DNA of 64,000 nt from positions 1,744,954 to 1,808,953 of the forward strand of contig CM120644.1 in assembly GCA_051362555.1 (NCBI GenBank). Direction: 5' to 3'. Numbering within the stretch: the first letter of the stretch is position 1; every line of letters begins with the position of its first letter. The position numbers and the translations under genes were made by a program. The DNA comes from Lingula anatina. Lineage: Eukaryota; Animalia; Brachiopoda. A model generated the notes under the pieces. That model saw only the letters and a list, made by a program, of their open reading frames with translations. It was not told the origin of the DNA and made no database searches. Of this stretch, positions 35,433 to 48,446 are shown piece after piece.

Positions 35433-38400
35433 TTTTACTTGTACATGTATTGCGCATTTCGTTGTATGTATTTTAATGCAAGTAACAGTAAATGCAAGCG
35501 TCATTTTTTCTCTTTGCTTGCAACCGATTGGATTATTAAATATGTGACACTGATCACCAGGTTATGTATAGGTTTGAGTCTATCATCGGTCCACGTGACT
35601 CGACACAACTCTGCGAGAACTCTCGCATTGCAATCAATATGACACACCTCACTGTATCTCACGCCTCCTCTCGTTTCCGACGTACAACCATCAGCTTTTC
35701 TGTATTCTTCAAAATGCTGGGGGGGGGGGGGGGGGGGCGTGTTAATCTGTTAAGCTGATTGCACTAAGCGTACATGTAGGCGGAGATGTCTATGGGAATG
35801 CTTCCATATGATAACTTAATGCTTTGAAAATATTTAGTTTTTATATATTAGACATACCTGTATCACAGCATTTTGCTGTTAAAAGTAAAACGAGAAAGCT
35901 CTGAAAAACAGAAAAACGTTAAAATTTCAGAACACAGCTTTACAAGTTAAAGAGCAGTTTATTGAAATTCATTATCGATTTATACATTTACCGCAACAGA
36001 GCGTTTGTCACTGATTAAAGGTTGTCTTTTCAGTTAAAATCCAAAACACTGGTTATAATGGAGAATCCGGACGGATCAAATGTCGCTGCTTTGAAGGAAC
36101 TTATACCAGACTTGGAGACATTTGGTGGAAGAAACATACAGTCTGAAAGGTAGGTATATCTGTTGGCAGACCCCCCCCCCCCCCCCCAGCAAATACGTCA
36201 CGTTCGGATCACGTGGCTAGCACGTTGCTACCACATTATAACGTCATAGCCTCGGAACGGATTAACCACGTGGTACACACGTGACGTGTTTGCTGGGCCC
36301 CTCTCTCCTATAGCAACAATATAAAGAATGGATACCATCCGAGATAGTATAAAACAAGACTTTAGGCAATATGTGACGTCATGGAAGACCAGAAATGAGT
36401 GAGGATTCACCAGTGGAGGGACTAACTTGTAAACTAGAAACGATTTCCTAAACACGGGTGTGTTGTGGATAAGCAACTCTAACTTCTCTCGGGCCACTAA
36501 AGTTCTGATGACTATAATACTGTCTGATGATTACATATTATCACATTCATTCCAGGGTACCCCACCTGAAGACTGTTGTAATTCCAAACCTGTCCAGTGC
36601 AGCACACGGGTGAGTGTTGTTGTCGTGTTGTTCTGGATTGTTTTCAGTTCAGATAACTGCACTGGTAGACTGAGGAACGGGATGTGTGTGTGTGCGTGGG
36701 TGTGTGTGTGGGTGTGGGTGGGTGGGTGTTGGAAAAGGGACCTTACCTATATATAGACCTTTGATATCAGGCGCTCCTAAAATATAGTATGTGTAATATC
36801 ACTGCCATTCAGCCCATTAATCGGGTTACTGGCTGTTTAACTTCCGTCCTATTTCAGCACACATTGTGACAAATAATTTCTAACCACAAAAAGCCAATCT
36901 TATCTCTGCTGACTCCCACACCGCCTTTTATGGAGTGAGGTGGGAAGAAATATATTCACCACTAGAGGGCACCACAGACCTCCGCCAAGGGAAACATCGG
37001 CAAATTACTGATAGGAAGAATAAAAAAAAATCCCTAAAGAATATTACAAGACCCGCCCTGAGCTTCAGAGATAACTTGAAACAAACGTCTAACGTAACTT
37101 GAAACTGCAAAGGTTTTCTATAATGTAGAGGTGTAGAAGACCCGGATTCAGTTGAAAACTTCATCACTTCATTCCCTTCTGAATTACTGCCTGTATTGAA
37201 ATTTACATCAATTTTCCCAAAATTTGTGAAGGTTAATTGTGACACACATGTATTATGTCCACTAACAAACAGACAACACCGTTGATAACATCACACCCCC
37301 TATTGAGCTATTATGGTACTAAGCGTGGCATTTCTAGGCTGTCTCTGGAAGACGTCACCAAACTTGGAGAAGTGGTATCAGATGAGGAAATACGAGCAGC
37401 ACGAGACGCATTCAGCGGGGATGATCCAATTAACACGGGTCTTTCCTCAGTTCGTATATTGACACCTTTTAACTCTTCTTTATCTGAAGGCACGTTTTTA
37501 AATAACAATATTCCAACTTTTTTTGGTCGTTGGATTAAGTTTGTTTAAAGACGCCATTAATCCATGCGATGTTTGTTGGCAATACATTAACTTATCGTCA
37601 ATTATCACTGAAAAGTTAGTGATACCTTTGATTTCACACTTACACCAGTTAAGAGATGTAAAATGGTCAAATTGTTGGCTGTAAAGTTTACATTTGGCTT
37701 AAGTACTTGGTTTTTGTCTGTACCAATATTTAAACACCAGCTTAAAACATTCTTAAATGAAAAAGACGTCTTGGTATTCATTGAGTACGTGATTGTAACA
37801 CTGATGATTGTAACGGACATTCATAGCATCAAAAGATATGACAACGGGTACTTATTATTTCAGAGAACACTGTTAGGACTTTGAATAAAATCAAAGACAA
37901 TATTTATTACCTTAAACTTTTCGTTGGTTTAATAGGGTAGTACTGGTGTTCCAAAATGTTCCATCAACAGTCAGTTCAAGGCCGTGAATACTACCAAGTT
38001 TACCATGCTGCGAAGTGGGAATTTTAACGAGGTTAATTTCATATTTATTTATTTGTTTATTTCAAATAAGAATAATTTCATTTTCATTGTTTGAGACTAG
38101 TGGGCTAAGTGTCATGCGTGGTTTAGAGATTTTGCCCCACCCCCTAAAAAAAAGGATTTTCCTAGGGCAAAGGATGATTTTCCCATTCTAACTAATGATT
38201 AATGAAACCATCCCGACATTGAAAGTTAGACCATGTTTTTTTTAAAAGTTTACTTTTTTGAAATAAATTCTTAAGAGATTATTACCGAGATAGCGCCATC
38301 TATGAAGGTCCACGTGGTCTGATGGCAAGCACAGTGTCCAGAATAATTGTGATAACCGCCTTTTTGTGGTAAAATGGAATTTATTATATTTCTATGGGTT

Positions 38401-41400
38401 GGTTACATGTATTTATTGTGAAATGTGAATTTCATACGAGCCGTTGTTATCCCTTAAAATACTTGTGCCGTGTTTCTCCAGCCGGTGGTACTGGGAGTGG
38501 GCAATCCCGTCCACGATGAGTTGACGGCAGATTACGTCTACTGGGTCAGTGTGGAGTATGAGAAAGACATCCAGCTGGTCATATTACCGTCCACACTGTG
38601 GGACGTAGATTTCCAGGGAGAGAACGAAGATGAGGGCTATCACATGGAGGATTTGTTCAAGAGCATCCATGAGTGCAAGTAGGTTTGATAGTGCAAGGTG
38701 TATATATATAACATGATCATTATCTTTCTTCCACCTATCTGTACTTTCAACTATTTGTATTTATTTATTCTTTGAAGATTAAAGCGCTTTTTTCATAAAG
38801 TTAAGTAATGGTTATCAGATTTAAAATACTGGGACCGGTTACAAAAAGCTCTCTAGTACACTTTTGTACATTTTATAGTACACCCCACCGTTTACAACAG
38901 AGCGTACGTAAAGCCAGACCAATTTTACAAACCCACAGCTATCTCTTCACTAAGTACCATCGCAGAATTATCCCGTTGTTCACTCTCAAACGCATGAAAC
39001 TCATTCTGCTTCAAGCAGTCATCTTTTTATGTAAACAGCGAGATACAAGTCCCGCAAAAACGTGAGGCCTAGCCATGAAAGGTAGAAATTGGGCGCGCGA
39101 GACCAGAACGAGGAAATTTAGCGAGCAATCACTTCATGAAACGGACTCAGCAGTGTACTATTTGTGAAACTTTAGGTTGCAATTCACACATTTCAGATGA
39201 TCATTTATATAGCAAAGTGCCATATACAAAGTAAAAGCATGTCTTTTTAAATTTTATTTATGTCAGGTTTTCAAAACTTGTGTCCATGCCATTATAGTTG
39301 AACTTTACTGAAGGTTCCATTATTTAAAAATATTACCTGTCACAATTAAAAAAAATATTTATGCCAAGTTTGCAAAGTTTGTTTTCATACCATTATAGTT
39401 GAACCTTATAAAAGGTTTAATTAAAAAATATTTCCTGTCACTATAAAAATGTACCTATACACTGTTGTTAAAGGATCACCAATCTGGAGGTCTATCCGAC
39501 ACACATGATCAAGGCGATGGAACTTGACGCTGGCATTGTGCAGAACTATAACATATCGTCTTCGAAACGAGGTGCGTTTGTCTGAAATTAAATCACCAGA
39601 CGAGTATTTTCCTTGGTGTTAAAGCAAAGTGTAGGATTGGCATGGAACACAAGAAATCATGAACAGACGTTCTCGACTTAGAAACGGTATAGAAAATAAT
39701 GCTTGTACCCAGAAAGTTCTGGTCCTTTTTATAGGGTCTTGGTCGAGATATTGTAAATTGTGAATTATTGAACACAATAGTCCAAAACAAACACCCAAAT
39801 GTATGGGTATGTTTTATGTAAGTGCATTTAACAGGAGTTTTTGCGCTTTCAGTTAACCTCACGTCAACTCTCATAACGAGGAAATTGCGGGAGGATTGTT
39901 CGAAACTATTCCCAGAATTTGGGGTAAGTTTATCTCTTCGGTATTGTACTTGAAGGACAATGATCAGTTTCTCAAAACTTTAGAATGCTGAAACAGAAAT
40001 TTAGCTTATCCTTTTTCAGATGGGGCTAGGCACTATAGAATACTGGTACAATAGTTTAACCTATCCGTTTTCAGGTTGGGCTGGGCACTATAGAATACTG
40101 GTACAATAGTTAACCTATCCGTTTTCAGGTTGGGCTGAGCACTATAGAATACTGGTACAATAGTTTAACCTATCCGTTTTCAGGTTGGGCTGGGCACTAT
40201 AGAATACTGGTACAATAGTTTAACCTATCCGTTTTCAGGTAGGGCTGGGCACTATAGAATACTGGTACAATAGTTTAACCTATTCGTTTTCAGGTTGGGC
40301 TGGGCACTATAGAATACTGGTACAATAGTTTAACCTATCCGTTTTCAGGTAGGGCTGGGCACTATAGAATACTGGTACAATAGTTTAACCTATTCGTTTT
40401 CAGGTTGGGCTGGGCACTATAGAATACTGGTACAATAGTTTAACCTATCCGTTTTCAGGTAGGGCTGGGCACTATAGAATACTGGTACAATAGTTTAACC
40501 TATTTGTTTTCAGGTTGGGCTGGGCACTATAGAATACTGGTACAATAGTTTAACCTATCCGTTTTCAGGTTGGGCTGGGCACTATAGAATACTGGTACAA
40601 TAGTTTAACCTATCCGTTTTCAGGTAGGGCTGAGCACTATAGAAAACTGGTACAATAGTTTAACCTATCCGTTTTCAGGTAGGGCTGGGCACTATAGAAT
40701 ACTGGTACAATAGTTTAACCTACCCCAGGGATGACAATGACGACCACAGATACCGTAGCGTAGGATTTCCAATGGCTCATACCGAGGTTAATATTAAACA
40801 AGTAGCTGATATATATTGAGCAGACATATTGTACAGTAAAATTCACTCGGAATCATTTTTTCACATTAATCATACACTGAATAATTTATATTCTCTTGTG
40901 TTACGTTATTCTACATCTGTTAATATTCTATTATTTTATTTCAGGTGAAAATTGTTGATAAAAACAACAAGATCGTGCCAATTGGCGTGGAAGGGGAAAT
41001 ATGCGTAAGGGGATTTTCGATGTTCAGTACATATTACGGTTGTGAAGACTTGTACAGGAAAGTGATGTCCCCGTCTGGTTGGTACTACACAGGGTATGTA
41101 AAATTTGACCGCATGGAAGGAAAATGTGATAGTTGTGACAACACATCGGATGATTTTGATTGTTGTGACAACACACTGGATGATCGTGATTGTTGTGACA
41201 ACACACTGGATGATTGTGATAGTTGTGACAACACACTAGGTGAGTGTGATAGTTGTGACAACACACTGGGATAATGTGGTAGTTGTGACAACACACTAGG
41301 TGAGTGTGGTAGTTGTGACAGCACACTGGGTGAGTGTGATAGTTGTGACAACACACTGGATGGTTGTGATAGTTGCAGCTGTGAATTAGAAGAGTGTAAG

Positions 41401-41756
41401 TTTTGAAAATATTGAATGACTTTTTCATCCTTTTTATTCGCGCCACGTAAAATAAAAAGTTGAACGCCTTAGGAAAACATTATGTTTATACCGCAATGTA
41501 TTAATATTGTACCTCACATTATCTGAAGTGTAAAAATGATCTACATTTAGGGACATTGGGTCTATGGACGAGTACGGGTTTACATACTTCAGTGGCAGAA
41601 AAGCCAATGTACTTCATTTTAACCGCTGGGGTGACAAGGTTTATCCTGCTGCTATAGAAGCTGCGGCAGAGAAATATCCCAAAGTTAGCCAGACACAGGT
41701 GAGAGAGAGAGTTAGTGTGAATGCATGTGTGCATTTTTTTTTATTTTTTGTGTGTG

Positions 41757-41835
<79 letters not shown>

Positions 41836-42643
41836 TGACACATTCTAACAGAAACCCACTTCATATTTCGTATTCCAGGCTGTTGGTTTTAAGGAGCCAG
41901 GGGTGGTAGACTGCGATACAATCATCTTATGTGTCATGTGAGTTACCTTTATTTTACTTATATAATACTAATGGGATCTATGTACAGTGTACGACTGTAC
42001 GCTGACGTGTATGTATGGTAGTGTTCGTGTGTATGTAGGAAATTAACTGTGTTGCTCTGTTTTTTCCCAGGCCCGCCAAAAACCAAGATATCACAGAGGA
42101 CGAACTACGATCTCACTGTGAGAGGGAGGTAGGTGAATGTCCATCGTGTTAGGTACACTTACAGTATGCAGTGCACTGTTTTCTGTTACTACTACATTGT
42201 AATGAAGAGAGCAGTTCTGAAACTTAGTAGTGGTGGTCTTTTTACAAAAGATGTCAATTGACCTATTAAAAAAATCGAAGAATAGGGTCCTATGAGAGGC
42301 AATTAAGGGTCGCCATTAGACGTCATTTAATCTATATATGGTTTGTTTTCGGGCTTTCGTAATGATATGGATATAACACTCTGCTATTTCCCCATTTCAG
42401 CTGTTGGATTACATGTGGCCGGAGCACTATGTCGTCATGGAGACGTTCCCCAGGGTGGGGATCAGGCAGAAGGTGAGGCCAGAGAATGATGTTTAAAAGA
42501 GGCTGTGAGTTTTAGTTATTTAAAAAAAGTGTGCGTGTTTGTGTGTGTCAACTCGTCAAGAGTTTTTTTCTCACCTTATTAATGCATAAATAAAAAATAT
42601 GATTATTTACCCGTCATTTTGCTTGCCTAACGCCCATTTTCCA

Positions 42644-42692
<49 letters not shown>

Positions 42693-42902
42693 TATTTGTG
42701 ATCTTGGATGGTTTTTTCGTAAAGAACAAAGGGGCAATGGATCTGTTCACGTGAACTGTTATTATGTTATTGTGTACGTCTTACATGTGTCAGAGTATCG
42801 ATAATTCTCTTCCTTCAGGTATCCAAAGCAGAACTCCTGAAAAGTGCCAAGAAAATCCTCCTGGATTCCGGTAAATTGAAGTTGAGTGAGATGAACCAGT
42901 GA
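33739..42902 (+). CDS. ACSF2-like AMP-forming acyl-CoA synthetase (ANL superfamily), paralogue 1, 18 exons
   Basis: In-phase exons start at ~33739, 33968, 34876, 35310, 36034, 36556, 37338, 37936, 38482, 39474, 39853, 40679, 40945, 41551, 41879, 42071, 42401 and 42819. Motifs SYIHGASSEPLVGRTVWECL, LAKGLLALGMKKGD, SSGSTGVPK, GEICVRG, GWYYTGDIG. TATA-like box at ~33672. Confidence 0.85.
40005..40723 (+). repeat. 55-bp minisatellite (13 units), each unit a splice acceptor plus the first ~14 codons of exon 12
   Basis: Unit tatccgttttcag|gtWgggctgggcactatagaatactggtacaatagtttaacc. The last unit (40679) continues as VGLGTIEYWYNSLTYPRDD...HTE|gt. Confidence 0.95.
41124..41376 (+). repeat. 30-bp minisatellite in intron 13 of paralogue 1
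   Basis: (gagtgtgatagttgtgacaacacactgggt)n, ~8 units. The same repeat is at 58466-58730. Confidence 0.9.
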
Positions 42903-43519
42903 AAACAGTGGCGACAAGGCAGGACTGGAATTGTCTCACATCCGGGACTTCTGACATTTGCGAGATTTCTCGCGAGACGAGATTGAAAGTTTCCATTGAC
43001 CAATATCGATTTGTGCTTATATAAACAGAAAAGAAAAAAGGGATAATAATAATAATAAAAACAACAACAAAAACAACAAAATTTATCGGGATAACGTTGA
43101 TGTAATTGACGAAAGTAAATTCAAATGACAGTTTTATATGGCGAAAGGCCTCGATGAATTTGCATAAAGGGGTAAAGATTCAAGTGATACATTGTGTTTG
43201 CTTTTAATTGATTTGAATGTCCAATGACATGACATCTTTCATCTTTTTCAAAATAAATTTTATAAGAATGGCAGGATCTCAAGAAAGAATTATCAGAACA
43301 TGTGGCACTTATTTTGTTAAATGAACCAAGATGTGTACGTAAAAAATATCGTAAATGAAATTCTTGCTGTGATTGTAAAGGTTTTAAATGGTCTGTAGGT
43401 TTCTGTGTTGCTGCCTTTTAACGGGTTCATTATTGTGAAAGAAAAGAATGTTTCAATTTCATTTTGTTGAATATTTTTTTGCTCGGGTATACTGTAATCA
43501 CAGATTGTTATGTGTCATG

Positions 43520-46466
43520 CCCAGATAGCAAGAAGGCGTTGGCCCGACGCTGGGCCAACGTCGGCATGGTTGGCCTTACGACGTCGGGCCAACGTCGTAA
43601 GGCCGACCAGTACACTGGCCCGACGTCGGACCAGCGACGGTGCCGGCGTCGGGCCGACGTCCGTGCTCATCGGCCATGTGTTGGCCCGACGTCGGCCCAA
43701 CGTCGTTTTGCCGACCAGCTGACGTTGGCCCGATGGTGGGCCGACGTTGGCCCGATGTTGGGTAATGGTTGGCCCGATGGTGGCCCAGCATCAGGGTTAT
43801 GACGTTGGTACGTTGTTGGCCCAATGTAATTATGCCATCCAGCTTACTGAATTGGCCCTGCGTTGGCCCAAAATTACCTTTTTTTTTTTTTGTTCCAAAG
43901 TAAGTGATTAATTGACTAAACGAAATTATAAGCAAAAACAACAAAACTTTCTGTCTGTCTGCAACACAAAATATATTCTTTATTATATCATAGAGGTGAT
44001 TTCATGGCCAAATTTCATTTCTGAAAATTCCTACTTTAGATAAAGTCTGAAAATTATATTAACTGAATATTTAATTAGTTACATAAAAGTTATTTATTAA
44101 TGAACCTTATGTTAACCCTATACATTAAGTTCTACAGGATGTTTTCAGTTTTAAAAAGCCTGAATCACTTTATTTATGGCTTCATTTTTTAGTTAAAGTT
44201 AAAATATGTTCAGTTATGTTAAACTAATTCAAACATATCATTAATAATCATAATCACAAATCACTATAGTTCTGTAATGAATAAATCTTGAATAATGAAT
44301 GAAAAAACATTGTTTTTTAGATGATAGAGAGTTGTAATATAATTATAAATAACCATGCAGTAACTGTTTCAATTCAACTTGCATGCTAGCTACATGCATG
44401 TAAACTCTGAAAAAAGAATTGTGTATACCCTACAATAGATACAGATGTACAATAAAAAGAGAATTACTTGTGCACAAAAACAAACCCCAGTATATTGTTG
44501 ATGCTTTTGAATTAAATTACATCACAAATCAAATCACTCAATGAATTGAACCAGTTTGCAACGCTTGTGCTTTTTTCATATCCATAACACTAAGAAACGA
44601 TACATCTGGCTCCTTGACAAGCTAATAATAATTAAAGGAATTAACAATGGAACAAGTAACTCTACCAAATAAACAACAGTTTATTTAAATGTCAAGTCAA
44701 AACACAACATCCCTTCCTTTCTTGGAGAGAAATGGTCCTTTCAAATATATGCTAACTGACAGTTCAGTTGTTAAATTGTCTTTTCAAACAATTGCAGAAT
44801 AACATATGAACTCCAACTATAATTCTTTTAACCACACTGAAAATTCTCAAATCTAATCAACTCATGTCAAACCCCATGTCCTTTCACTACTACAAATTCC
44901 ACGTGGTCTCTTCCTTTGCCAGCCTGTATGTCACATTCAAATGTTCCCTTCTCTTTTAAAGGTTTCTCGGACATGTATGAATAATACTGTTTGTTTTGTG
45001 GTCCTCCAGAAGAGCCTGAGCCACATTTATTTATTATTATTATTATTTTTATTTATTTATTTTGGGATTTCAGCATTCGATCCCCATGTATTTTCATCAA
45101 TGATATTAAATATGCACCTGAATCTGGAATTACACTGAGATTAACGCCGCTTATCTCTATTTCCACCATGTCTATGTCTATTTCATTGGTTGCCACACCA
45201 AATGTATATGCACCCCTGGATTATCATGTTCATAACTGTCCTTTACATGAATAATAGTTTCAGTTTTGCATACTTTTGAAAAGTGATCCAACGTTCCATG
45301 TTTTCTCAGTTCCATGTTTTCTCTCTACTTCGTTTTTCATGTCTGAACTCGTAGTGTTTAGACTGAGTTGGTTTGTCAAACGACTTCGGTTTCACCATAC
45401 TCACAGTTTCTGGTGTTCCACTTTCATTAAAACGTTATTCGTGTTTCTCACCTGCGTAAAAGTGGGAGAGTCCTGAAAATAACTTGTACACCTGTCCCTG
45501 CTGAATACAGCATAAGCGCGCATCTCCTCTGACATGTATTTTTAATTTTCTGTTTTTGTTCATTATTCATTCCGTCCGTTGGTTCTGAAACGATCAATCC
45601 TTTTCCGTCAGCGAAGAGTTTAAAACTGTCTAGCCAGCGTGGCCCTAATGTCTCCCGCTCCGGACTTCTGTACGGTTCGAATTTCGTAATAAATTTCACA
45701 TTTTTCCTCCATTTTCTCAAAGAAAGTTGGCTCACAGTTTTGCACTAGAATTAATTCTCGTCGCCAGTTTTGATGTCTTCGAATTAAATCGCATCACGAA
45801 TCAAATCACTTGACGAATTGTATCAGTTTGATACGCTTGTGCTTTTTTCATATCCATAACTCTAAGAAACGCTACATCCGGGTCCTTCACCGGCTTATCA
45901 TAAAAAGCGGAATTAAAACAGCGGAACGAGTAGCTCTAACAAGTTAACAGTTCATTCAAATGTCAAGTCAAATTAAACAAATAGTGCACTAATGAGGGTA
46001 CTTTGAAGAAAAAAGAGAAAGAGAGAGAGATAAATTAAATAAAAATTGATCAAATGACGTTAGTTCAATGCATTCAGGTCACATGGTCAATAAAAAAATA
46101 AATAAAAAGAAAATAAAAATAAAAAATAAAAATAAAATAAAATAAATGACATCACAAAATATCAGCTTGATGGAGGTTTGACATAAAATTGAAAAAGAAC
46201 GGTCCAACATAAGTTTAAGGATTAAAAAATGATGTTGGCCCTACACTGGATCAACGACAAAAATGATGTTGGTCCTACGTTGGCCCAACGTTGGCCCTAC
46301 ATCGGATCAACGTCCAAAAATGACGTTGGCCCGACGTTGGCCCAACGACGGCAGGCCAACGTCAACAGTGCCAACGTTGGCCCAATGTTGGCCCGATGAC
46401 GGCATGCCAATGCCGACCAAGTGCCAACGGTGCCGACGTTGGCCCAACGTCATCTTGCTATCTGGG
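43520..46466. mobile_element. Non-autonomous CACTA/EnSpm-like element
   Basis: TIR CCCAGATAGCAAGA / TCTTGCTATCTGGG, with subterminal arrays of ttggcccgacgt-like motifs. ATG is duplicated at the ends, and the paralogous site at ~62365-62375 (gtcatggctg) is empty. Confidence 0.9.
44510..45980 (-). mobile_element. Degenerate, internally deleted Gypsy-type element nested in the CACTA-like element
   Basis: Diverged direct repeats at ~44515-44705 and ~45790-45975. PBS-like TGGCGACGAG on the minus strand (~45758-45767). Gag-like remnant RWLDSFKLFADGKGL...RRCALMLYSAGTGVQVIFRTLP. Confidence 0.65.
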
Positions 46467-46818
46467 ATGGCTGCCGGGCTGTTGTCAACTCGACAATTTT
46501 TGCACTGTCGCCATCTCCTGTAATTCTATATACAACATGTACTTGTATACGTGTGATAATCTTCAAATCAACAGGCGGACTAACTCTGACCCCTTTGTCA
46601 CCCCAACAATTGGAGAAAAAACAAACCTAAACAAACGGAACAATATTTTCTACACTTAGTCTCCCATTTTTAATATATGATATTATTGGAATTATTTAAC
46701 AAATGCTTTCTGCAGGCCCTGTGTTTTTCACAAAGTTGAAAGTAAGGGTGCACATCTGTCTGTTTTGTTGCACTTGCACACTTGATAAAACATCTCAAAT
46801 GCGATAGGATGAGCTTCT

Positions 46819-46999
46819 TAGGCCCATTTCCATAGAATTTGGGACTTACTTGTCAAAGGGTCAAATATGGCGACCCACTAGAAAGCCTGCCGTCTAATCC
46901 GCTAATAGACGCTGAATAGATATCCCTTGGGGAAGTATTCAAGTGGGTTGGCCATATTTGACCCTCGGACTAGTTAGTTCCCTATTCTGAATGCGGCTA
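46819..46999. mobile_element. ~180-bp MITE (family B); other copies at ~59824-60000, ~62748-62810 (partial) and ~12860-12978 (degenerate)
   Basis: Shared tcaaatatggcgaccYac...gccatatttgaccc core and cctattctgaatg ends. Confidence 0.7.
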
Positions 47000-47214
47000 T
47001 AGTCACCATCGGTCTATGAACCAACTCTGCCGTGACTCACATTGCTCGAAATCAGCTTAACAGATTAACACGCCCCCTCTCGGCGTTAAGTAGAATACAG
47101 AAAAGCTGGTTATTATTTGAGTACATTTGAAACAAGAGGAGGCGTGTCATTCAATGTAGCTGATTGTTCTCAGCGAGAGTCCCGCATAGTTGGGTCGATC
47201 CATAGATGGAGTCT

Positions 47215-47430
47215 TTGACTGCATTCCCACAGTTTTTAGATCATCTATCCCAGTGGGGAGTCTCACTAGATTACTGTCAGCTTAGCCGGCTTAAATGTCT
47301 GTCCCGCCTACTAAAAGCTGTAAGGGGATAATTAACATCCGTGCGCGCTCGGCTGACTGCAATTTAGCATTAACCCCCAGGGAGTTAGGTCAATCCAGAT
47401 GGATCGATCTATATCTGTGGGAATGCAGTC
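47215..47430. mobile_element. Family A MITE, uninterrupted copy
   Basis: Similar to the reverse complement of 1-212, with a single TAA at the site where 13654-14238 is inserted. Confidence 0.75.
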
Positions 47431-48446
47431 TTTATTCCATTTGTGGAAATAGTTTACACATTGTATATGAACACAACAAAGCAAACAAAATCTCTGATGT
47501 TGACAAAAACCGGGTGTTCACAGCCGAACGAAATATATAGTAAACCGCAGTGGTAGATGTTTTTTATCGCTTTAAAACCCAGGTTAGAGAAACAAATGGA
47601 AAAAATGCCGTCCAAAATAAGGTCAAAGACAAGGCGGTGGCAGGCAGCCTAAGTAGGACGTAATGACAGAGATAAGATCGGTTGGGTGTATATGTTTATC
47701 TTTGTAACCCACATGCACAAAAATATACCCCAACTCACATGACACAGTCATGTGCGCAAAACAGACATTTTCCAAGACCTGGGGCTATCTGGCTTTCTAA
47801 AATCCAGTCGTCTTAGGCTAAGGCCCACCAAACAAGTGAAAATATATATTTATTAACAGGTGATCATGAAAGGTGCACTCCATGGGTTTGAAAATCTCGC
47901 AAGTGTTTATTTTTGCCTTCCACGGCTTTTAGTAAAAACCTTAAAAAACAATTAAACCCCTTAAACAAATTTTCTGGGGCGTACCTGATGTTGATACATC
48001 TTAAGAAGGTGCTCGATGGTTATAAAGACTGGCCAGTTATTTTAAACTAAATCAACCTTTATAAATTTAATTTAAGATCGAATTCAAGTGCAGAGAGGGA
48101 TGGATATAAGATTCGTGAGTAAGAGAAAATTGGTTATTTTCCCGGCAAAATCCATTTGGAGGGAAGATTCCAAGGTGTTGCCCTTAAATAAATACTCTTT
48201 GCATTAAAATTTATCTGACATTACGTATGTTATTAAAAGAAAATCGACCATTATCAAAGGCTGCGGATTAGTATAAACCAGTGACTGTCAAGTCATTCCG
48301 GATAAAGACAAGGATCCACCAATCAGGAGTGAGAGGTCAAAGATAACGTTTATTTATAAACTATATTTATTACAGCGGTGTGTATAGAGTGTATATGTGT
48401 CAGTGTCTATTCACGAGTACGTCTGTCTGGCATTGCGAGAGGAAGG

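Noticed and set aside
40005-40723. CRISPR-like regular arrays (also 11701-12800 and 4285-7430)
   Set aside because: Units are contiguous with no unique spacers, there are no cas genes, and the context is eukaryotic.
43464-43944. Overlapping GC-rich ORFs (also 46263-46659)
   Set aside because: They are translations of CACTA-like subterminal repeats.
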